A DNA stretch of 64,000 nt from a virus. Positions 54,174 through 61,540 of the stretch are shown here, one piece after another (positions within the stretch are counted from its first letter, which is position 1; every line of letters starts with the position of its first letter). The notes under the pieces are model-generated. The model searched no databases. It had not been told where the DNA came from and was given only the letters and a program-made list of their open reading frames with translations. A program made the translations under genes and the position numbers. The stretch covers positions 1 to 64,000 of the IMG/VR virus record IMGVR_UViG_3300035698_032311; one strand, written 5' to 3'.

Positions 54174-56456
54174 TTAATAATTTAAAAATAAATGTAAATC
54201 GACATTTTTATTTTGAACTACTCTTTTAAAAAGTTCAGCATATTTTGGGCCTAGCTCTTCCCAACTTAATTCATTTGCAATTTTATCTGAAAGTTTTGAA
54301 AAATTTGAAATTTTTGAAGGGCTCATTTTAGCAACTTCATCAATTTTTTTAGCAATTATTTCTGGCGAATGAATAGCAGCATAAAAAGTCCTACGACCAG
54401 CCGGCTCATCTCTCTCAAACGTAAGAGTAGTTGGACGGGTTTTCTTTTCTACTCCGATTGGTTTAATTAACATTTCTTTGGGCAGCCAACTATTAAAAGG
54501 TGGAAAGTCTGTCGCCATTATTAACATTCCTGTTGATAATGCTTCTTGAATTGGTAAACAAAGACCATTATATCTAAGAGGAAAAAGAAAAACATCTCCT
54601 TTCTTAAAAAGTTCCCAATAGTTGTCGATGTCTTCGACATTTAAAATTACACGTTTATCATCAATTTTAATATCAGTTTCATCTTGTACTTTTATTAAGA
54701 AAGTAACTTTTTTATTTTTAACTAATGGAATAGCTTTTAAAAGAGATGTTGTGCCATTTCTATTAAATGCTGTTTTACGACCCGCAGTATGAAGAAAAAT
54801 TTTAGCTTTTTTTCTACACTTAAATGGTAAAACTTTTCTTTCAACTGGCATGGGCAAAAAGATTTTTTTGTTGGATATACTTTGATAATCAACTAAAGAA
54901 GGACAGATAAAAAGATCTGCGAACTTATAATATGGAGAATCTTCAGGCATACACTCATACATCGGTATCCAAATTATTTTCTTTCTTTTTGCTTTTGCCT
55001 TTTCAAGAACTCGTAAAATAAATGGATGCTGAAGAACTACAAGAACATCGATTTGGTCTAAGAAATTGTCTAATATTTGATCAGTCACATCTTCTTCCGT
55101 TTCAAAAATTTTACAGCCAGGAAAACGTTCAGGGAAAATTCTTCTGGAAGTATTTTTGATAATTAACGCTTTCATATTGAAATGATTAAAAAATTCTTGA
55201 GCCAATGTTCCTAATCCTGTGTTATCTGCACGAATAATACTTCCTATTTTAATTTCAGGAATATATTTTCCCTTTAAATCTATATTAATTTGTTGTTCAG
55301 AGTTAAATTTTTCTGGAATAAAAACATTTTTTGTATTTTTTTCTTTTTTTTGAATGAAAAAAGAACTTCTTTCGTCTTCATTTTGTTTAATTCTTTCACC
55401 ATTAACTAGTTTTTCAAAAATATTTAAATACTTAGATTTAAGTTGTTTCCAACTCCATTTTTCAGCTAACATATTATTATAATTAGAATATTTTTTGATT
55501 GATTTATCTGCAATTTCGTCTATTTTTCCAGCTATTGTTCTTGGCGATATCGAAGAATGTAGAGTATTTCTTCTAATAAAAATATTCTCTTGTTTTATTG
55601 GAGTAAGTAATAATTCTTTGGGTAAAAAACTGTTTTCTGGAAATTTATTAATACTAATAACAGGCATTCCTAATGACATCGCTTCTTGAACTGGAAGAGA
55701 AAGACTTCCATATTTTTGAGGGTGTAATAAAATATCTTCTCCGTTGTAAAGATCTTCGTATTTAGAAAAATCTTTTTCTTGTATTTTAAGAGTTACTTTG
55801 TTATATCTAAACTCTTCTCCTGATATATATTTTTTTCCTGCAATTTCTTGTATTTTTCCAGATACACTTTTATTTATCCAAAATAATGCAGGTTGAAAAT
55901 TCATTACAAGTTTAATGGGGTTCTTAATTAATGGAAGAGATTCTAAAATTTCCATAGTTCCATTTCTACCTCGCACCCCTCCCTTTCCAATATTATGAAG
56001 AAAAATATTCGCTTTTTCTCTTAATTTAAATGGAAGAATTTTTCGATTTATTGGAATGGGTAGAAAAATCTTGGGTTCATTCATTTCTTGATAATCTAAC
56101 AATGTAGGACAAATACATAAATCAGGTAAAGAGGGCAGTTCAAGCGGCATCCATTCAAAATTAGGGATAAGAACTGTTTTCACTCCCATTTCTCTTGCAA
56201 TATTAAAAATTTCCCAGTTATACGGCGTCTCAAATGTCAATAAAAGATCTAAATCTTTAAGAAAGTCTCTAATGAAAGAAGCGTTTAAACTACCAACCCA
56301 ATAAGCATCAGGAAATTTCCACCTATACTCAACTCTATATGGTGATATTGCAACTACTTTTGAAAATGGCAAATGACGGTAGAATTCTAATGAAAGAGTT
56401 CCAAGTCCACACGAATCACTACGAGCAATAAGTCCATAACGCATTTTTTTTGCCAT
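54174..56456 (-). CDS. tandem double GT-B glycosyltransferase
   Basis: Two repeats each with …PVQEAMSLGMPVISI / …PIQEALSTGMLIMAT (E-x7-E-like GT4 motif). Confidence 0.55.
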   Translation of the reverse strand: MAKKMRYGLIARSDSCGLGTLSLEFYRHLPFSKVVAISPYRVEYRWKFPDAYWVGSLNASFIRDFLKDLDLLLTFETPYNWEIFNIAREMGVKTVLIPNFEWMPLELPSLPDLCICPTLLDYQEMNEPKIFLPIPINRKILPFKLREKANIFLHNIGKGGVRGRNGTMEILESLPLIKNPIKLVMNFQPALFWINKSVSGKIQEIAGKKYISGEEFRYNKVTLKIQEKDFSKYEDLYNGEDILLHPQKYGSLSLPVQEAMSLGMPVISINKFPENSFLPKELLLTPIKQENIFIRRNTLHSSISPRTIAGKIDEIADKSIKKYSNYNNMLAEKWSWKQLKSKYLNIFEKLVNGERIKQNEDERSSFFIQKKEKNTKNVFIPEKFNSEQQINIDLKGKYIPEIKIGSIIRADNTGLGTLAQEFFNHFNMKALIIKNTSRRIFPERFPGCKIFETEEDVTDQILDNFLDQIDVLVVLQHPFILRVLEKAKAKRKKIIWIPMYECMPEDSPYYKFADLFICPSLVDYQSISNKKIFLPMPVERKVLPFKCRKKAKIFLHTAGRKTAFNRNGTTSLLKAIPLVKNKKVTFLIKVQDETDIKIDDKRVILNVEDIDNYWELFKKGDVFLFPLRYNGLCLPIQEALSTGMLIMATDFPPFNSWLPKEMLIKPIGVEKKTRPTTLTFERDEPAGRRTFYAAIHSPEIIAKKIDEVAKMSPSKISNFSKLSDKIANELSWEELGPKYAELFKRVVQNKNVDLHLFLNY

Positions 56457-56468
56457 ATTTTTAATCTG

Positions 56469-57431
56469 TTATTTTTCGTTAATTGTTTCTAATAATTGTG
56501 TACAACGACTTTTAAATGAATGTTGCTTTTTGCAATACTCAAATCCATCTTTTTTAATTTTTTCTCTTTCTTTATTATGTGTTAAATAATAGTTAATTTT
56601 CTTTTTTAAATCAACAAAATTTCTATATTCAAATGGTACAAAATGTTTATAGTATTCAAACTCTTTTTCAAGACCATCAACACTTGGATGAAGCAAAAAT
56701 CCACCTCTTCCTAATACATCATAAATCCGAACTGACCAGTACTGTGGACTTGGTGAAGAATCACCAACTATTATTTTAACAGAAGCATATAAATCATTTA
56801 AATCTGCACCTCGAATTTCATTCGCCCCCATTCGTCCCCACCACTTGAAACTGTTTTTGAATGTACTTTGAAGTTTCCTTATCATTTCTGCTCGCCATGG
56901 GTGTAATATTGATGAAGAAGTACCAACAAATGTAATATCTGATTTTAAATACTTTCTATATCGCCCGATATAAGCATCTTCTTCATAAATACCTTGTCTC
57001 AATACATAATGATTAATTCTTGACCAGAAAAAATAATCTTGATGGCCACCATCTGTTGAAAAAACAAAATCACATTGGTATCGGGGATTAAAAAATAAGT
57101 CTATTGCCCTATCTGTTCCACAATAAAGATCAAATAACCAAAAAACTGTTTTTATTTTGCCCAAAATCTTAGAGAAATCTCCGTTTATTCTTCTATTAAC
57201 AGTTAATAAAAAATTATATTTTTTAGTGTGTATTTCACGAAGAACATCTTCAAGAGATGTTTCTTTTGCTTCAAATCTTTTAACTTCCCAACCTAACTTC
57301 TCAAATGTTCTTGCAATATACTCTTCATCCCATAGATTATAAAATGATCCAATCAATATCATTTTTGGCTTAGAAAAAATATCTAGCAACTTGGATTTTG
57401 ATTTTCTTTCCATAGTCTTGTTGACTCTCAA
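56469..57431 (-). CDS. CgeB-like glycosyltransferase (DUF3880-type)
   Basis: C-terminal …YRNFVDLKKKINYYLTHNKEREKIKKDGFEYCKKQHSF… resembles CgeB family; TTG start. Confidence 0.4.
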   Translation of the reverse strand: MRVNKTMERKSKSKLLDIFSKPKMILIGSFYNLWDEEYIARTFEKLGWEVKRFEAKETSLEDVLREIHTKKYNFLLTVNRRINGDFSKILGKIKTVFWLFDLYCGTDRAIDLFFNPRYQCDFVFSTDGGHQDYFFWSRINHYVLRQGIYEEDAYIGRYRKYLKSDITFVGTSSSILHPWRAEMIRKLQSTFKNSFKWWGRMGANEIRGADLNDLYASVKIIVGDSSPSPQYWSVRIYDVLGRGGFLLHPSVDGLEKEFEYYKHFVPFEYRNFVDLKKKINYYLTHNKEREKIKKDGFEYCKKQHSFKSRCTQLLETINEK

Positions 57432-57442
57432 GTTATGTTTCT

Positions 57443-57625
57443 TTATCTGTGCTTGCCTCCACCGCGTCCACCACCTCTACCACGTCCAGGACCTTTTGAA
57501 GGGCATGGTTTTTTGTTGCGACCACCTCTTTTCCCACCGGGCACACCACTACCTTTACCCCGACCATCTTTGGGTCGTTTTTGTCCTCGTGGATTTTTTG
57601 ATGAATTGAATTTATATAATGGCAT
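57443..57625 (-). CDS. small Gly/Arg-rich (RGG-like) basic protein on a local GC-rich island
   Basis: 60 aa: …GRGKGSGVPGGKRGGRNKK…GPGRGRGGGRGGGKHR; DNA here is >55% GC in a ~30% GC genome. Confidence 0.3.
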   Translation of the reverse strand: MPLYKFNSSKNPRGQKRPKDGRGKGSGVPGGKRGGRNKKPCPSKGPGRGRGGGRGGGKHR

Positions 57626-57629
57626 ATTT

Positions 57630-58382
57630 TTAATTATTATTAAATCTTAATATCTTTTGTTTGACTTTATTCAACTTTTTTAATTCGTTCTCCCAAATAA
57701 TCAATGTATCATAACCAAATTGTTTAAAGTAATTTATTCTATTTTGTTCGTGAACTTTTTTAGATTCGCCTGTTTTCCATTCTCCATGCCAATAATTACT
57801 ATTATATTCGATCAGTTTTTTATTCTTTTCGTCAGTAAAATCAGGATATTTTCCTCCTACACTAAATCCTCCATTACCAGTAAAAATAAACTGATTTGAT
57901 GAAATTGTTTGAAGTAATTCAAGTACTTGAATTTCTTTTTTGTTTGGCGAATTGAAACTTAAACACCTTTTAGCATATTCAGGATTTTTCCATAGTTTCT
58001 TTACCATTTTTCGATTCTTTATTTTAACTTCCTCAGTACGTTTTTTTCCTTTATTTGCTTTACTAACGCCCATACTCACTTTCTTTCGATACTCTGGATT
58101 TGTCCAAAGTTTTAATGTTATTCCTTCACGAGCTTTTTTTACTTTCTTAATATATAATGGATCTTGCCACTTTGTTTTTATTTTTTGTATATAAGTTTCA
58201 CGATATTTTCGATCTTTCCATTTTTCAATCATTCTTAAACGTTGAGCTTTTTTAACCTCAATAGATACTTTCCAATGTTTTCCATAAGTTGGATGTTTTG
58301 TAGGGTCTTTAAATCTCTTTTTTAATGCTTTACTAATATTCTGACAATGCGTTATAGTTCGTTTATAATTTCCTCTAGACAT
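57630..58382 (-). CDS. homing-endonuclease-like protein with Vsr-fold nuclease (I-Bth0305I-like)
   Basis: Repeated W-x-(D/N)-P-(E/L)-Y-(R/A)-x-K motifs, then C-terminal GGKYPDF…IEYNSNYWHGE…N.R..YFKQFGYDTLIIWENEL (DUF559/Vsr-like). Confidence 0.5.
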   Translation of the reverse strand: MSRGNYKRTITHCQNISKALKKRFKDPTKHPTYGKHWKVSIEVKKAQRLRMIEKWKDRKYRETYIQKIKTKWQDPLYIKKVKKAREGITLKLWTNPEYRKKVSMGVSKANKGKKRTEEVKIKNRKMVKKLWKNPEYAKRCLSFNSPNKKEIQVLELLQTISSNQFIFTGNGGFSVGGKYPDFTDEKNKKLIEYNSNYWHGEWKTGESKKVHEQNRINYFKQFGYDTLIIWENELKKLNKVKQKILRFNNN

Positions 58383-58390
58383 AATTAAAA

Positions 58391-58672
58391 TCAGAGTATA
58401 TCAACATACGCTTTCGCTCCCGTTCCAGTAACTGCTGCATAAACTCCATTTCCAAAAGATTTTGAGCCTAAATAACTAGTGCATGAAGTATTCGCAGTTG
58501 CTTTTATAGTAACTAAAATTGTTCCACTTCCCTCTGTGTTATCATAAACTATTACTGTAGAATTACTTGCACTTGCAGTCAGAACTACTGAAGAAATAGC
58601 ACCAATACCAGTAAAAAGTAAACTGTTTGTAGTAACTTCGTAACCTTTAGACATTTTTTTAATCTTTTTCAA
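58391..58672 (-). CDS. small β-rich protein (hypothetical)
   Basis: 93-aa ORF, Thr/Ser/Gly-rich. Confidence 0.3.
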   Translation of the reverse strand: MKKIKKMSKGYEVTTNSLLFTGIGAISSVVLTASASNSTVIVYDNTEGSGTILVTIKATANTSCTSYLGSKSFGNGVYAAVTGTGAKAYVDIL

Positions 58673-58674
58673 CC

Positions 58675-59331
58675 TTACTGCGAAGCTGAAAAAGGTTTAT
58701 TTATATTAGTTCTTTTTTCGACCATTTTTAAGAAATCCCCTTTACCCCTTACAGGAGCGTCACCAATATGTCCAATATTAATATTTGGTTCACAATATAT
58801 TTTAAAACCTGCTTTTTTCGCTTTTTTACAAAACATAAAGTCTACAGACCAATGAGTTTTATTTTTGTCGTAGAGTGTCTCAAAAAAAGGATATTTAACT
58901 TTTTTAAAAACTTCAGTTTTAATTAATAAAATTCCAGTGCCAATTGCATCAACTTCAGTAAACCTATTTACAAGCACAGGATAATATTTATCACCTCTTT
59001 TTGCATAAACACAAGGTTCATACATCTCTCTTCGTTTAAACGCTTGAACACCCACAATTTCTTTATTGTGGGCTAATAGATTATCCAGTGTTTCTGGAGG
59101 AAAAATCATATCATCATCTATAAAAAGAAGATGAGTATAATCAGGTTCCTCAAGAGTTTTTTCTACAATTATATTTCTTGCTGAATCTATCATTACTCTA
59201 GGTACCCATATAATCCTAGTATTATTTGGTGTTTTAAGTGCTGCAATTGAACTTGCAAATCTGTAATCAACAAGTCCAGAACCTGCTGGAATCCCAATTG
59301 ATATTTTATTTATTTGACTTTTTAGATTCAT
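58675..59331 (-). CDS. GT-A fold glycosyltransferase (DxD), third paralog
   Basis: LLFIDDDMIFPP … GTGILLIK … IGHIG. Confidence 0.45.
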   Translation of the reverse strand: MNLKSQINKISIGIPAGSGLVDYRFASSIAALKTPNNTRIIWVPRVMIDSARNIIVEKTLEEPDYTHLLFIDDDMIFPPETLDNLLAHNKEIVGVQAFKRREMYEPCVYAKRGDKYYPVLVNRFTEVDAIGTGILLIKTEVFKKVKYPFFETLYDKNKTHWSVDFMFCKKAKKAGFKIYCEPNINIGHIGDAPVRGKGDFLKMVEKRTNINKPFSASQ

Positions 59332-60068
59332 AATATATTAAAAGCTAAAATTCTCTTTTTTAATTTATTAATATTTAATAATTCATTTCCCCAAATAATT
59401 AAAGTGTCAAAACCAAATTTCTTAAAATATTCAATCCTTTTTCTTTCTTCTTTCTTTTCGTGCCAATGCTCTCCAAATAACTCGATAAGTTTCTTTTTTC
59501 CATTAATATTTAGAAAGTCTGGACATTTTCCTCCAAGAATAAATTGACCGTCTCCAACAAAAAAATATTCTTCAGGTATTGTTACTTGAAGAATAGTATT
59601 AAGAAATTTCTCAGAATAATTAGGACAAACATGACTAGCTTCTAAAATTTTTTGTACAGTTCTTTTTTTATACCCGGGCTCTCTCCATTTTTTCTTCATC
59701 GAACAACTTATTTTATTAGCATAAATAAGGTTTTTCCAAAGGATTCTAGAACTTTTAGCTCTTTTTAATCTAATCTTAGTTGTATTACATACTTGTTTAG
59801 TTTTTAATTGAATTAATTTTTTATGTTTTATTGATAATTTTTTCCCAGCCCAATAACCAATATGGCCCATTAAAGATTGGCTTCTTTTTTTTCTAGTTTT
59901 ACTATTTTGTATAATGCCCGTATGAGCAATAATCTGTTTTTTTCTATATCCAATGTCTTTCCATTTTTCTTTCATCGCTAGACTTAATTTCGGATATTTT
60001 ATTTTTTGGTCTTTTAGACTCATTTTACCTTGAAGCCTCTCCAACTCATTATTTTTTAGTTTATACAA
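59328..60068 (-). CDS. homing-endonuclease-like protein with Vsr-fold nuclease (paralog of 57630)
   Basis: W-x-(D/E)-(I/P)-G-Y-(R/K)-K-K repeats; C-terminal GGKCPDF…IELFGEHWHEK…KR.EYFKKFGFDTLIIWGNEL. Confidence 0.5.
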   Translation of the reverse strand: MYKLKNNELERLQGKMSLKDQKIKYPKLSLAMKEKWKDIGYRKKQIIAHTGIIQNSKTRKKRSQSLMGHIGYWAGKKLSIKHKKLIQLKTKQVCNTTKIRLKRAKSSRILWKNLIYANKISCSMKKKWREPGYKKRTVQKILEASHVCPNYSEKFLNTILQVTIPEEYFFVGDGQFILGGKCPDFLNINGKKKLIELFGEHWHEKKEERKRIEYFKKFGFDTLIIWGNELLNINKLKKRILAFNIL

Positions 60069-60132
60069 GGATAAACTTTACTATAAAATAATGAGTACTC
60101 AAGGATTATTTAATTAAATTATTGACTTGGAA

Positions 60133-61104
60133 CTAAGCTGAAACAAACGCTCCGTAAGCTGTTCTCCAATCGCCAAATGCAGCGAAACCCCTCCAATCTA
60201 CACCATAGTAGAGTTGTTTTCTCATAAATGAGCTTTCAGTACCCTTAATTAAGCTACTGAATATAGGAGTTTTTCTCATCTGGAGGATAATAGGCTTAAC
60301 AGTTCGTGATGTATCAACAAGAAACCAGTTATTCGTATCAGTCAAGTATGGCGATACTAGTAAGTTAACAATACCTCTCAAAACATTGGTAGCCAATTTA
60401 GTAGCACCTCCAACATTTTCACTATCAGCTTCATTTCTAACAGTTGTTGTTTCTGGATAATATGTAGAATTTAATAATTCTCGTGCTGTAAACTCTAAGT
60501 CAGGTGGAATCACTAACAAATTAGGAGAAATATGACAAGGCTTGCCCTGGTCATCTTTAAATTTTCTCATTGCTGTAATTGCTGTTTGCAATGAAGAAAC
60601 ACCTAATGCAGTAGTTCCATAGTTTGACTGAGATCCAGAAGAGCCTTCAGAATGGTCTGTCTTGAAAAATTCTGCACCATCATAACAACTAATACTTTTA
60701 CCAGCAAAATAGCCAGTACCAGTAGTGCTATTACCTTGTGCAATCAAACCAAATGCTAACTCATCATAAAATCTTTTTGCTTCAACTGCTAATTCTCTAA
60801 CTCTAATCATTATTTGGCCGTATTGTTCATCCTCAACTGAATTTCTATCAACTGCGATAGAAGCTTCCCAATCATAGTTAATAATCGAGAAGTTATATTC
60901 AGAAAGGCCTTTAGGCATTCTTTCATCTTTCCATTCTCTCATTTTAGGAGTTGTACCTAACCATGGATATGTTTCTTGGTTTTTACCAGATTTAATAGTG
61001 CTTGCAATAGCAGTATAATCTGCTGTCGCTTTTCCAAAAGCACCCATAAATTCAGTTTTCATTCCAGCTGTCAATAATTTAGGTATATCAGATCTAACTA
61101 ACAT
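60133..61104 (-). CDS. major capsid protein (HK97 fold, Mu gpT-like)
   Basis: 323 aa directly after protease-scaffold and small head protein; composition typical of HK97-fold capsid proteins. Confidence 0.55.
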   Translation of the reverse strand: MLVRSDIPKLLTAGMKTEFMGAFGKATADYTAIASTIKSGKNQETYPWLGTTPKMREWKDERMPKGLSEYNFSIINYDWEASIAVDRNSVEDEQYGQIMIRVRELAVEAKRFYDELAFGLIAQGNSTTGTGYFAGKSISCYDGAEFFKTDHSEGSSGSQSNYGTTALGVSSLQTAITAMRKFKDDQGKPCHISPNLLVIPPDLEFTARELLNSTYYPETTTVRNEADSENVGGATKLATNVLRGIVNLLVSPYLTDTNNWFLVDTSRTVKPIILQMRKTPIFSSLIKGTESSFMRKQLYYGVDWRGFAAFGDWRTAYGAFVSA

Positions 61105-61109
61105 AAAAA

Positions 61110-61520
61110 TTATCTAACAGCAACATCTATTCTCACTCTAAAGTGAGTAGAATCAGGAATTCCAACAATATATCCCGCTAGAATAGAGTTCGTACAAGTA
61201 GTATCTACAGTCTGGTCGTCACGAATATACGCAGCTTGTCCAATATCTGTCTGAGCGGCTGATGGCGTTGAAAATTCAAAACTACCAGTTTTATAAACTC
61301 GAACAGTCTTCGCACCATCTGCACCCGACGTATTATCGGTTTTTTCAACTGCTACACCCAAAAAAGTGTAAGCACCTGCATTAGATCCAGGACTAGCATA
61401 ACCAGTATCAACATCTACTACCAAAGCTCCTTTGTAGATTATATCATCTGCAATCACATCATAATCAACTATTTCAGAATCTTGTCGTTTCGCTTCCAAG
61501 TTATCACTTAATGCTGTCAT
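61110..61520 (-). CDS. small head protein (DUF2190-like, decoration/scaffold-associated)
   Basis: 136 aa between protease-scaffold and MCP. Confidence 0.3.
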   Translation of the reverse strand: MTALSDNLEAKRQDSEIVDYDVIADDIIYKGALVVDVDTGYASPGSNAGAYTFLGVAVEKTDNTSGADGAKTVRVYKTGSFEFSTPSAAQTDIGQAAYIRDDQTVDTTCTNSILAGYIVGIPDSTHFRVRIDVAVR

Positions 61521-61540
61521 TATTTATTTTTTAAATAAAC

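Noticed and set aside
57391-57650. Pro-rich and His-rich plus-strand ORFs in the GC-rich island
   Set aside because: They are on the opposite strand to all neighbouring genes. The minus-strand Gly/Arg-rich frame fits operon orientation, though coding status of any frame remains uncertain.
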